A DNA stretch of 32,000 nt from Psychrobacter sp. HD31 (GCF_051097895.1 NZ_CP142525.1:720001-752000), one strand, 5' to 3'. Counted from the first letter of the stretch, positions 17,340 to 26,897 are shown. A program made the numbers and translations. The notes: generated from the sequence alone by a model not told the origin.

Positions 17340-18632
17340 ATGATGATTAACCGTACTCACAGGGCAATTGCAACTTCAATTTTGTTATTTACCAGCACCA
17401 TGCAAATCGCAAAAGCTCAAGACAATGCCTTATATATTAAATCTACTGAGTTGGCTGAACAAATCGCACTTGTCCCTTTTTTAGGTCATCAACAAATTTC
17501 CACCATCGTTGCCGATGACTTAAATGCTACCAAACTTAAAACCACAAACAAAAACTTACCCGCTCGGGCAACCACAAAACAGGATGTTTTAAACAACCTA
17601 AACCTTTGGCAACAAGCCAACATTCCCTATGCTGTGGTAGGCAGTGCCAATGGCAATCGTATTGATTATGAGGTTATTAACACACAATCGGGCACCAGCA
17701 TTGGTGGTCAACAAACCGAGATGCTTAACCAAACAAATACACGACAAACCGCCCATAAAATTGCCGACAATATTTATCAGCTAATTACAGGTAAACAAGG
17801 CGATTTTTCTGGAAAAATTGCCTTTATTGAGGAGACTGGCACAGGTGTGAATAAAGTATCTCGACTTAAAATCATGGATACAGATGGCAAAAACATGCAA
17901 ACTATCGACCAAGTGACAGGGGCAATTTTTACGCCAACATGGCACCCAAATGGTGTTGATATTGCTTACGCAAAGCTACATAAAGATAGCAAGCCTGTTA
18001 TTTATATGATGAATATAAATAGTCAAACCGCAAAACTGGTAACACCTTTTAATGGCACAAATTTAAATCCATCTTTTTCTCCCAACGGCAATAAAATGCT
18101 GTTTTCTTATTCAAACAATGCAAATGCCGATATTTATCAGCTATCTGCGCCATTCCACAACAAACAAAAACCAAAGCAAATTACTAACAGACCAAGTGAT
18201 GAAGCACAACCAAGTTATAGCCCAGATGGTCATTCATTTGTGTTTGTTTCTGATAGAAACGGCAGTAACAACCCACGGGTTTATCGTTTTAATTTAAATA
18301 ACCGTACTGATCAACAAGTTTCGCCCTCTTCAGGTTATGCATCTAACCCAAGTTATAGCCCAGACGGCTCTAAAATTGCATTTTTAAGTGGTACAAACGC
18401 GGTAATAATGCGTACAAATGGTAAAATAATCTCAAACTTAGGTAATACAGGGGTTGATGGCGCACCGAGTTTTTCTCCTAACAGCAGCCGGGTTGTTTAT
18501 GCTGTTAAACATGGTTCAAACAGCAGTATCAACATTAAATCGTTAGAGGGTGGCAAAAGTTATAGCATATCAACTCAAGGCAAAGTTTTAAGCCCTGTTT
18601 GGTCAAACAATCGCCATAGAAAAAACAAATAA
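17340..18632 (+). CDS. tolB: Tol-Pal system beta-propeller protein TolB
   Basis: Signal peptide (AIATSILLFTSTMQIAKAQ), then repeated propeller blades: P.WHPNG..IAY, FSPNGNKMLFS, SYSPDGHSFVFVSDR.G..RVY, SYSPDGSKIAF, FSPNSSRVVY and SPVWS. Confidence 0.92.
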   Translation: MMINRTHRAIATSILLFTSTMQIAKAQDNALYIKSTELAEQIALVPFLGHQQISTIVADDLNATKLKTTNKNLPARATTKQDVLNNLNLWQQANIPYAVVGSANGNRIDYEVINTQSGTSIGGQQTEMLNQTNTRQTAHKIADNIYQLITGKQGDFSGKIAFIEETGTGVNKVSRLKIMDTDGKNMQTIDQVTGAIFTPTWHPNGVDIAYAKLHKDSKPVIYMMNINSQTAKLVTPFNGTNLNPSFSPNGNKMLFSYSNNANADIYQLSAPFHNKQKPKQITNRPSDEAQPSYSPDGHSFVFVSDRNGSNNPRVYRFNLNNRTDQQVSPSSGYASNPSYSPDGSKIAFLSGTNAVIMRTNGKIISNLGNTGVDGAPSFSPNSSRVVYAVKHGSNSSINIKSLEGGKSYSISTQGKVLSPVWSNNRHRKNK

Positions 18633-18684
18633 ATCATTGATAGAAAAATGGTTTTTTTGCAAATAAAAACTGAGTGTATATCTG

Positions 18685-18713
18685 TTCACATTTTTTAAAA
18701 GATAAGCTATAAT
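18685..18713 (+). promoter_or_regulatory. Near-consensus sigma70 promoter upstream of the desaturase gene
   Basis: TTCACA (18685-18690), a 17-nt spacer, then a perfect TATAAT (18708-18713), about 140 nt upstream of the desaturase ATG. Confidence 0.45.
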
Positions 18714-18854
18714 CAGCATAACAGGCTAATGGTCAATGACATTTTTTAATTTGCTCGTTTTTGTTTTTTTAAAGCTAGCAAAAATGTCAATACATGAGTT
18801 TGTTAACTTTGATGTCGACTTGTTATTTTAATTAAAAAAATCAAGGATTACTCT

Positions 18855-20066
18855 ATGAGTGATGCAAAAAAATCAAACCCAAATATAAAACCCGAACTTG
18901 AGTCTCAATATAATCAAGCCCCTATCAACACAGTACCTGCTGTTGTTTTAATAGCCACGCCTATTTTAGCGTTATTTTTAGTACCTTGGTATTTATGGAC
19001 ACATTCTGTCGGGCTAGGTACTTGGGCAGTATTTGCATTTCTGATGGCTTGGACAGGAATGGGTATTACTGCTGGATACCATCGTTTATTTGCTCATAAA
19101 GCATACAAAGCACACCCTATCATACAAAACTTTTTGCTCATTGGGGGTACATTAGCCGTCGAAAGTAGCGTGTTTGACTGGTGCTCTGGACATCGCCGTC
19201 ATCATAGGTTTGTTGATGATGAATACAAAGACCCTTATTCTGCCCGTCGTGGTTTTTGGTTTAGCCATATTGGATGGATGTTGCGTAACTACCCCAGCGG
19301 TCAGCATGACTTTAAAAACATCCCTGATTTAACCAAACAAAAGCTATTACGCCATCAACACAAACATTATGGCGCTTGGATTATTGTTACAAATACCGTC
19401 ATATTATTAAGTTTTGGTTGGTTAGTTGGTGATATTTTAGGTGTATTTGTATTGGCTGGTTTATTACGTTTAGTATTAACCCATCACTTTACATTTTTTA
19501 TTAACTCGCTTTGCCACATGTTTGGTACTCGCCCATATACCGATACCAACACAGCACGAGATAATTTTATCTTAGCAATATTTACTTGGGGTGAGGGCTA
19601 CCACAATTATCATCACTTTTTTCAGTATGATTACCGTAATGGCGTTAAGTGGTGGCAATACGACCCAACCAAGTGGCTAATTTTAGTCTGCTCAAAACTT
19701 GGCTTGGCAAAAAACTTACGTAAAGTTGATGAAGCAACCATACGCCATGCACAAGTACAAATGCAGTTTAAAAAAGTAAATAGCAGATTAGAAAAACTCG
19801 GCATGCAAGGTTTTAATATCCATGCAGACTTTAAAGCATTTAAAGATAAAATCACTGCTGAATATGACTCTTTTAATGCAACCATTGCCGAGTGGCAAGC
19901 ACTCAAAGCCAAAGTAGTAGAAATGAAAAAAACTGAGTTTGCTGAACGATTAAATGAAGTAGATGAACTCATGCGAGCCCAATTTCAGTCTATTGAGTCT
20001 AAAATTATGGAACATGGCAAATCATTAGACATGACTTTAAGACAGCTAAAGCAAATCTCCGTTTAA
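18855..20066 (+). CDS. Acyl-CoA (delta-9 type) fatty acid desaturase, DesC-like
   Basis: Three histidine boxes in the canonical order (HRLFAH, HRRHHRF, HNYHH) with hydrophobic membrane segments. The C-terminal 110 aa or so are predicted coiled-coil-like (K/E/Q-rich). Confidence 0.9.
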   Translation: MSDAKKSNPNIKPELESQYNQAPINTVPAVVLIATPILALFLVPWYLWTHSVGLGTWAVFAFLMAWTGMGITAGYHRLFAHKAYKAHPIIQNFLLIGGTLAVESSVFDWCSGHRRHHRFVDDEYKDPYSARRGFWFSHIGWMLRNYPSGQHDFKNIPDLTKQKLLRHQHKHYGAWIIVTNTVILLSFGWLVGDILGVFVLAGLLRLVLTHHFTFFINSLCHMFGTRPYTDTNTARDNFILAIFTWGEGYHNYHHFFQYDYRNGVKWWQYDPTKWLILVCSKLGLAKNLRKVDEATIRHAQVQMQFKKVNSRLEKLGMQGFNIHADFKAFKDKITAEYDSFNATIAEWQALKAKVVEMKKTEFAERLNEVDELMRAQFQSIESKIMEHGKSLDMTLRQLKQISV

Positions 20067-20083
20067 ACAAACACTTTACCAAC

Positions 20084-20115
20084 AAGGCGCTTTATTGATA
20101 AAGCGCCTTTTTTTA
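20084..20115 (+). terminator. Intrinsic terminator after the desaturase gene
   Basis: AAGGCGCTTTAT pairs with ATAAAGCGCCTT, followed by TTTTTT. It lies about 18 nt after the stop. Confidence 0.85.
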
Positions 20116-20201
20116 TATGCTAATTGATAGGCATTATTCATGAATAATGTTATTATGCTAACAATTTTCTTTCAACTATCAATGAGCAAAACGGAATCAT
20201 T

Positions 20202-22499
20202 ATGACCAGTAAAGAACAAAACCAAAAGAATTTAGAGCAATCTGCACTACATTACCACGAGCATCCTGTACCTGGTAAAATTTCTGTAACACCTACCAAA
20301 CAGCTTGCTAACCAGCGCGACTTGGCTTTAGCATACTCACCCGGTGTTGCCGTGCCTTGTATCGAAATTGAAAAAAACCCAAAAGCTGCTGCTAAATACA
20401 CCGCACGCAATAATCTTGTTGGCGTAATTACCAATGGTACAGCTGTACTGGGTTTAGGTAATATTGGTCCTTTAGCATCAAAACCAGTTATGGAAGGTAA
20501 AGGCGTACTGTTTAAAAAGTTTGCTGGTATTGATGTTTTTGATATTGAAGTTGCTCAAAACGATCCAGATAAGTTTATTGAAGCCGTTGCTGCACTAGAG
20601 CCGACTTTTGGTGGTATTAACTTAGAAGATATTAAAGCACCAGAATGCTTTAAAATCGAGCAAGAGTTACGTGAACGCATGAACATCCCTGTGTTTCATG
20701 ACGATCAACATGGTACAGCCATTATCGCAGCTGCTGGCTTATTAAACGCCTTGCAATTAAACGGTAAAAAAATCGAAGACATTAAAATTGTTTGTTCTGG
20801 TGCTGGTGCTGCTGCTATTTCTTGCCTAAAGCTTATCATTGCCTTAGGTGCAAAAAAAGAACACATTTTTGTTAGTGATTCACGTGGCATTATTACCACT
20901 TCTCGTGAAAACTTTGACAGTTTAGATGAGTCTAAAAAGTTTTTTGCACAAGATACAAATGATAATACCTTAGATAAGGTAATGGTTGATGCCGATATGT
21001 TCCTTGGCCTATCAATGGCAGGCATTGTTAGTCAAGACATGGTTAAATCAATGGCAAAAGACCCAATTATTTTTGCCCTTGCAAACCCAACGCCAGAAAT
21101 TATGCCAGAAGAAGCACATGCCGTACGTGATGACGTTATCATGGCGACAGGGCGTTCTGACTATCCTAACCAAGTTAACAATGCTTTATGTTTCCCATAT
21201 ATTTTCCGTGGCGCATTAGATGTCGGTGCTACGACAGTAAATGAAGAAATGAAAATTGCTTGTGTTAAAGCCATCGCTGCACTAGCACATACCGAGTCTG
21301 CTCCAAGTGCTACCACTTATCTAAGCACACAAACCAAAAGCTTTGGTAAAGAGTATCTGATTCCAGGACCATTAGAATCTAATCTTATTTTAGAAATTGC
21401 TCCTGCTGTTGCAAAAGCAGCCATGGACTCTGGTGTTGCTACGCTACCTATTGCAGATTTTGATGACTATCGCCAACAACTTTCAGAGTTTATTTATAAC
21501 TCTGCTTTTGTCATGAAGCCAATTTATGCAAAAGCAAAAAGTGAACCTAAGCGCATTGCCTACTCAGAAGGCGAAAACCCGAATGTACTACGTGCCGTTC
21601 AAGTTGTTGTTGATGAAAAACTTGCCAAACCAATTTTGGTGGGTCGTCCTGCCGTTATCCATGAAGAAATTGAAAGCTTGGGCTTAAGACTTGAAGAAGG
21701 CGTTGACTATGAGATTGTTGACCTAGTAAACGACCCTCGCTATGACGAATACTGGCAACATTATTATGAGCAAAACCAACGTCACGGTGTGAGCCAAGAG
21801 TTAGCACGTCGTGATACCCGAAGAAAGACAACGGTTATCGGCTCATTGTTAGTAGAGCGTGGTGATGCAGATGGTATGATTTGTGGTACTTTCGGCTCTT
21901 ATGGGTTGCACCTACGTTACTTACGTAATGTAATTGGTAAAAAAGAAGGTGTCACTGACTTTTATGCGATGTCTGCTTTATTGATGCAGGACAAAAATGT
22001 ATTTATTGCAGATCCTCATATTCATGCTGACCCATCACCAGAACAGCTAGCTGAAATGACACTATTGGCAGCAGAAGAAATGCGCCAATTTGGTATTACA
22101 CCACGCGTTGCCCTAATATCGCATTCTAACTTTGGCAGTTCTGATAGAGCGAGCTCTAGTAAAATGCGCCGTGTTTATGAATTACTTTCTGAGATGAATG
22201 TAGATTTTGAATTTGATGGCGAAATGCAAGCTGACATTGCTTTAGATCAAGAGCTTCGTAACCATTACTTCCCATTTAGTACTTTAAAAGGGGCCGCTAA
22301 CCTACTCATCATGCCAAATATGGAAGTAGCGAACATCTCATTTAATTTACTTAAAAAATCAGCAAACACTGGGGTGATTGGTCCTATCTTACTAGGCGCA
22401 GACAAACCAGCACATATTTTAACAACGGCTTCTACGGCACGCCGTATCGTTAATATGACAGCATTGGCAGTTGCACAAGCACAAGATACAACCAATTAA
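20202..22499 (+). CDS. maeB: NADP-dependent malic enzyme with a C-terminal phosphotransacetylase-like domain
   Basis: 765 aa. N-terminal LHYHE.P.PGKI.V.PTK....[12 protein letters not shown], the [26 protein letters not shown] malic-enzyme core, a Rossmann GAGAAA motif and ANPTPEI. The C-terminal half is PTA-like, as in E. coli MaeB (759 aa). Confidence 0.97.
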   Translation: MTSKEQNQKNLEQSALHYHEHPVPGKISVTPTKQLANQRDLALAYSPGVAVPCIEIEKNPKAAAKYTARNNLVGVITNGTAVLGLGNIGPLASKPVMEGKGVLFKKFAGIDVFDIEVAQNDPDKFIEAVAALEPTFGGINLEDIKAPECFKIEQELRERMNIPVFHDDQHGTAIIAAAGLLNALQLNGKKIEDIKIVCSGAGAAAISCLKLIIALGAKKEHIFVSDSRGIITTSRENFDSLDESKKFFAQDTNDNTLDKVMVDADMFLGLSMAGIVSQDMVKSMAKDPIIFALANPTPEIMPEEAHAVRDDVIMATGRSDYPNQVNNALCFPYIFRGALDVGATTVNEEMKIACVKAIAALAHTESAPSATTYLSTQTKSFGKEYLIPGPLESNLILEIAPAVAKAAMDSGVATLPIADFDDYRQQLSEFIYNSAFVMKPIYAKAKSEPKRIAYSEGENPNVLRAVQVVVDEKLAKPILVGRPAVIHEEIESLGLRLEEGVDYEIVDLVNDPRYDEYWQHYYEQNQRHGVSQELARRDTRRKTTVIGSLLVERGDADGMICGTFGSYGLHLRYLRNVIGKKEGVTDFYAMSALLMQDKNVFIADPHIHADPSPEQLAEMTLLAAEEMRQFGITPRVALISHSNFGSSDRASSSKMRRVYELLSEMNVDFEFDGEMQADIALDQELRNHYFPFSTLKGAANLLIMPNMEVANISFNLLKKSANTGVIGPILLGADKPAHILTTASTARRIVNMTALAVAQAQDTTN

Positions 22500-22527
22500 G
22501 TATTAACTACCCTATCAAAATAAAATT

Positions 22528-22557
22528 AAGCCAGTTTAACCAAAGTTAAACTGGCTT
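22528..22557. terminator. Hairpin terminator between convergent maeB and the PPTase gene
   Basis: A perfect 13-bp stem, AAGCCAGTTTAAC with GTTAAACTGGCTT, and loop CAAA. The flanks are A/T-rich on both sides (weak U-tracts). Confidence 0.65.
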
Positions 22558-22587
22558 ATTATTATAAAAAATCTGTACTAATAATGA

Positions 22588-23205
22588 CTAACTACGATAA
22601 ATAGCAAGAATATTATTTTCCCTATTGATCCAAATATTTTGTGCATTACCAGCTGTTTTATCACTGCTTTTTATTATCATGGCACGTAAATTGGTACCTT
22701 TGTTAGCATTTAATGTTTGTTCTATCTGTTTTAACACATCAAGATTATTCATCCCCAAACTTTGTGCCAGTGTACATTGTTTAATTTTAACCATACATTC
22801 TTTATACTGCCATAACCAACGACTCAATGTCTCTTGTTCTAATAATGTTTTGGCTGACAAATAGCTAGTTTCATCTTTATGATAGTATCTATTAATAACA
22901 CGTTGCGGTATTGCCTTAAGCTCTATATCCACCCCTGCATTTTGGCTGCTAATAATTACCGCTACTTGGTTGTGAGAATGCGTAAAGCAAACAAATTTTT
23001 GTGTGCTAATTAATTGATATGGGTATTTAGATTCATCTAGCTTTTTACAAAGTGATAAATGCTCAACAAGCTCATCCAGCAGGTAACGCACCGCTTTTTT
23101 TTGGATTTGCGTTTTGTCTTCTACATTAATAATTTGATTTACAAATGCACTTGCAAGCCAAGTGTGCTGATTTAGCTGAAAAAATTTTATTTTTTTTAGT
23201 CTCAT
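22588..23205 (-). CDS. 4'-phosphopantetheinyl transferase, Sfp/AcpT/EntD-type
   Basis: 205 aa. FTHSH (like the (I/F)S.SHS motif), then AGVDIE (the G(V/I)D(I/V)E Mg-binding motif), then WQYKECMVK (matching W..KE...K), all with the spacing expected for group II PPTases. Confidence 0.7.
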   Translation of the reverse strand: MRLKKIKFFQLNQHTWLASAFVNQIINVEDKTQIQKKAVRYLLDELVEHLSLCKKLDESKYPYQLISTQKFVCFTHSHNQVAVIISSQNAGVDIELKAIPQRVINRYYHKDETSYLSAKTLLEQETLSRWLWQYKECMVKIKQCTLAQSLGMNNLDVLKQIEQTLNANKGTNLRAMIIKSSDKTAGNAQNIWINRENNILAIYRS

Positions 23206-23335
23206 TAATTTAACAATTCTTTATTTTTACTTTTAACTTTCAATCATGCTTTATTTTTGCATGCCAGCTACGTACAATAGCTGTATTTTAGCCTATTAGA
23301 AAGAACAATTAAACTCACTCAAAGCAAGAAACAAA

Positions 23336-24874
23336 ATGCCCAAACCAAAATTAACAGCCATTGATGCCAAGTACCTCAACAAACAAGCGCAACAATCAAC
23401 CGATGCACATCAATTAGCAAACCTTGAACAAGAGTTAGCCAGTTCTGACCAAATACACGATTTAGAAAGTACGGTACTTAAGCTTAGTGATTATCTACAA
23501 GCGGTACAGATGGTTGTCAGTCATGCTTTTGACCACCATGTTTGGGTAAAGGCAGAAATTAGAAACCTATCTAGCAAAAGCGGGCATTATTATTTTGAGT
23601 TGGCAGAAAAAGATGACAATGGCAAAGTAATAGCAAGCTGTAGAGGCACACTATGGAAATTTAAAGCCGCACGCATATTAAAAAAGTTTGCACAAACAAC
23701 CGGCAGTGAATTGACCCGTGATATCACAGTGCTGATTAAAGTGTGTGCAAATATGCACCCACAATATGGGTTTTCACTCAACATTGTTGATATCGACCCA
23801 AGTTATACCTTAGGTGACTTAGCACGCCAATATGCAGCAATCGTTGAGCGCCTAACAGGCGAAGGGCTAATCAATGCAAATAAACAAATCCCCCACCCTT
23901 TTGATATAAAAAATGTGATTGTTATTGCACCAGAAAATGCTGCTGGTTTAGGCGACTTTAAAGCCGAAGCAGATAAGCTTGCTAACAATGGCGCATGTTA
24001 TTTTCACTACCATAATGCAACTTTTCAGGGCAATAATGCACCAAATGAAATGCGACTTGCTATTATAAAAGGGATTAATAAGTTTGAACAAACCCACCAC
24101 TCATTGCCTGATTTATTAGTAATCATCCGTGGTGGCGGTGCTGTGGGTGACTTAGCCTATTTAAACGATTATGAGTTAGCAGCGCTTGTTGCAGAGCAAC
24201 CCATCCCTGTGTGGGTTGGCATTGGTCACGAGCGTGATAAAACGATTTTGGATGAGGTTGCCCATACCAGTTTTGATACACCTTCTAAGGTCATTGGGGG
24301 TATTGCCGGCCATTTGTATTCAATCACACACAAAGCTGAACAATTAATGGACGATATTAAAAGTATCAGCCATCGCCAATTACAACAGGCAGAAAACCAA
24401 AATAAACTGTTAATGGCTAACATTAAATTAACCAGCCAAAAACAGCTATCGAATACTGAGCAAAGTGCCAAACATTACTATCAAAATTTGCGTAGACTTT
24501 CTGCACTACAACTACAAAATGCAGATGCACAAAATCGTCAATTGATGGATACCATTAAAAAATATCATTTACAAGCTTTGCAATATGCCCAAAAAGATAC
24601 ACAAAAATTGTTAGCACAAGTCAGCTATCAAGCGTTTCAACAGCTTGAGTTGGCACAAAAAAGCATAACACACTTGCGTGAGTTTATTTTGATACAGCAC
24701 CCAATTAAAGTGGTTAACCGAGGGTTTGCGATTATTACCAACCATAACACACATAATGTAGTGACATCGGTTGATGAACTCGATATCAGCTCAAAAGTTG
24801 ACATCCAACTGAAAGATGGCATTGCAAATGCAACCATTACTAACACCACAGTTAACACGAAAACCGAAGATTAA
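23336..24874 (+). CDS. xseA: Exodeoxyribonuclease VII large subunit
   Basis: OB-fold region VWVKAEI.N.....GH.YFEL.., catalytic-domain motifs (IAPE.AAGL.DF, D.L.IIRGGGA..DL...ND, P...GIGHE.D.T..D) and a long coiled-coil C-terminus. It is 512 aa, with about 40 extra N-terminal residues relative to E. coli XseA. Confidence 0.9.
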   Translation: MPKPKLTAIDAKYLNKQAQQSTDAHQLANLEQELASSDQIHDLESTVLKLSDYLQAVQMVVSHAFDHHVWVKAEIRNLSSKSGHYYFELAEKDDNGKVIASCRGTLWKFKAARILKKFAQTTGSELTRDITVLIKVCANMHPQYGFSLNIVDIDPSYTLGDLARQYAAIVERLTGEGLINANKQIPHPFDIKNVIVIAPENAAGLGDFKAEADKLANNGACYFHYHNATFQGNNAPNEMRLAIIKGINKFEQTHHSLPDLLVIIRGGGAVGDLAYLNDYELAALVAEQPIPVWVGIGHERDKTILDEVAHTSFDTPSKVIGGIAGHLYSITHKAEQLMDDIKSISHRQLQQAENQNKLLMANIKLTSQKQLSNTEQSAKHYYQNLRRLSALQLQNADAQNRQLMDTIKKYHLQALQYAQKDTQKLLAQVSYQAFQQLELAQKSITHLREFILIQHPIKVVNRGFAIITNHNTHNVVTSVDELDISSKVDIQLKDGIANATITNTTVNTKTED

Positions 24875-24899
24875 TAAACCCCCATTTAAGGAGAACAAT

Positions 24900-25136
24900 A
24901 TGAGTAATAGCAATACGACAACACGCCGCCGTAAAAGAGCGACGCCAAAAAACTTTAAATCCGCTTATGATATGCTTAAAGCCAACGCAGCGATGTTACA
25001 ACAGCAAGATGAGCCAGATATTGATAATTTAATGACCACGGTTGAAGAGTCAATTGCTGCTTATAAGGTATGCCAAGAGCGCATAGACGCAGTAAAAAAA
25101 GCATTGGATGAAACTTTTGCAGATAATGCCAAATAA
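24900..25136 (+). CDS. xseB: Exodeoxyribonuclease VII small subunit
   Basis: 78 aa, helical. F..AY..L......L......D.D.L....E......K.C..RID is typical of XseB. AAGGAGA lies 5 nt before the ATG at 24900. The tracked ORF start at 24816 overlaps xseA and I reject it. Confidence 0.85.
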   Translation: MSNSNTTTRRRKRATPKNFKSAYDMLKANAAMLQQQDEPDIDNLMTTVEESIAAYKVCQERIDAVKKALDETFADNAK

Positions 25137-25207
25137 GCAGCTGCAATGCTCACTCATTCATGAATACAACTAATTAATGATGAGTGAATCGTAAAATCCA
25201 CATCACT

Positions 25208-25233
25208 AAAGGCTAATTATTATATTAGCCTTT
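25208..25233. terminator. Hairpin between convergent xseB and the flavoprotein gene
   Basis: AAAGGCTAAT, loop TATTAT, ATTAGCCTTT, then T-rich sequence. The 3' arm overlaps the stop codon of the minus-strand gene. Confidence 0.55.
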
Positions 25234-25821
25234 TAATACAACTTGTGCCAAATGCATACCAAACCATTCTGCGGTTTTTATATCACCCTCTGGTGGCGTT
25301 TGCTCTGGAGGTGCATTGTCTGATTGTGTCATTAACCCTAAAAATGAGGACAAACGGTTTAAATCCGTTTCTGAATAACCCTTAGGCACCAATGGCAACC
25401 CTGTCCAGTTCATGCCATGTTGCATCGCAAATAAACAAATTTGTTGCAGTACAGAAAGCTTATCACCACTTAAACCGCCAGAATTGGCAAAGGCAGCTGC
25501 CCATTTGCCTTCCCAAGCACGTTCAAACCAGCGTTTAGAAGTAGAATCCATGAACTGTTTAAATTCAGCAGTAACACTGCCCAAGTAAACCGCACTGCCA
25601 AATACAATCATATTTGCATTATCAATATAATCCCAATCCAGCTCGTTAGTATCAATTGCCCGAGCCATTACACCCTCTTGCACAATACCAGAGACAATAG
25701 AATGTGCAACACGCCTTGTATGCCCATAATTGCTATGGTACACAACAGCAATGGTCGGAGAATTGATTGATTGTTGTTCAGAGTTTACATCAAGTTCAGT
25801 ATTTGGGTTATTTTCTGTCAT
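25225..25821 (-). CDS. Flavodoxin-fold NAD(P)H:quinone oxidoreductase (WrbA-like)
   Basis: IAVVYHS.YGHT..VA matches the WrbA YYS.YGH FMN-binding start. This is followed by I.FGS....G........F.D and a ..SGG..GD/G region. 198 aa. Confidence 0.78.
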   Translation of the reverse strand: MTENNPNTELDVNSEQQSINSPTIAVVYHSNYGHTRRVAHSIVSGIVQEGVMARAIDTNELDWDYIDNANMIVFGSAVYLGSVTAEFKQFMDSTSKRWFERAWEGKWAAAFANSGGLSGDKLSVLQQICLFAMQHGMNWTGLPLVPKGYSETDLNRLSSFLGLMTQSDNAPPEQTPPEGDIKTAEWFGMHLAQVVLKG

Positions 25822-25950
25822 AGAAAGTATGTTTTACAAAATTTAAAAAGTTAGATTAACAACATTAAGCGGTAATAGCAAACCCAAAATGGTTAGCCTT
25901 TTTAAAAATCGCCTTGATAAGAGCATTGATATTACTGAAAAAAACTCAAC

Positions 25951-26808
25951 TCATTTTTTAACAACCAGCATTGCCATTCTGCCAGTATTCGGCTGATTTA
26001 GGTGCGTTTTTCTTCTATATGAATAGTACTGCAACCCATCATAACTACAGTCAATATGTTGATTATGAACAACACACTGCAAACTTTGTAATTGCAGCCT
26101 TGCTAACAATTGAATATCTAACCATGCCTTGTCTTTATTGTTATGAGGCTTGCTAATTTTGTTGATTAACTGCGCATAGGTTATGCCAAAATTAAAGTGT
26201 TGCATGCTTTGGTTTACAAGTTGATGTAAAACATCCTGACTAACTTCATAATTTTTAACACCAATACAAGCACCTATCCACGCACTTATTTCTCCCCTGT
26301 TATCTGCAAATTCAGCAACTGTTTTGGCAATAATACCATTGGCTAAGCCCTTCCAACCTGCATGAATGGCCGCAATTTTACCTGTTGATTGTTGATGCAA
26401 AATGACTGGCACGCAATCTGCTGTCATAATTGCCAAGGCAACCCCAGATTGGGTCGTTGTTATGGCATCTGCACTGCATGGTTCTAAACACAGTGGCGTC
26501 TTTTGATTAACCTGTAAAACTTGGTTACCATGCACTTGCGAAAGCCAATGAATTTGTTGGATAGTAAATCTTTGATTTGATGTATCATTTTTAACAAACG
26601 TATTCATCATATCCATCAACTTGCATCGATTAATTAAAACTTTATTTGGTTCATCATTTACATGCAAACCAAGGTTAAAGCTGCCAAAACTATCTTTTTG
26701 CGGTTGGTTCATCGCTAAAGGTAACAGGCTATCGTAGGCAAAAGTTTGCAAAACAAGCAAATTATCTTGCTTAAATAAAACTTTACTATGGTTTGTTAAC
26801 GCATCCAT
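25951..26808 (-). CDS. pgeF: Peptidoglycan editing factor PgeF (YfiH/DUF152, laccase-domain protein)
   Basis: Q.HG..V, ADA..T, the TADCVPV(I)L motif, AA.HAGWKGL..G and the C-terminal C....D...YYSYRR. Classic position immediately downstream of rluD. Confidence 0.88.
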   Translation of the reverse strand: MDALTNHSKVLFKQDNLLVLQTFAYDSLLPLAMNQPQKDSFGSFNLGLHVNDEPNKVLINRCKLMDMMNTFVKNDTSNQRFTIQQIHWLSQVHGNQVLQVNQKTPLCLEPCSADAITTTQSGVALAIMTADCVPVILHQQSTGKIAAIHAGWKGLANGIIAKTVAEFADNRGEISAWIGACIGVKNYEVSQDVLHQLVNQSMQHFNFGITYAQLINKISKPHNNKDKAWLDIQLLARLQLQSLQCVVHNQHIDCSYDGLQYYSYRRKTHLNQPNTGRMAMLVVKK

Positions 26809-26897
26809 TGTCTGTCCGATTTTAACTGGGCTAAAAAAATAACATTAAACTTGATATATGACTAACTACAGAATAACAATATATAATTACGACACAA

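Noticed and set aside
20132-20149. The possibility that the maeB palindrome is a Fur box.
   Set aside because: It is AT-rich with ATTAT/ATAAT elements, but their orientation (ATTAT...ATAAT) is the reverse of the GATAAT-GATAAT-CATTATC consensus, and malic enzyme is not an expected Fur target. I keep it only as a generic operator candidate.
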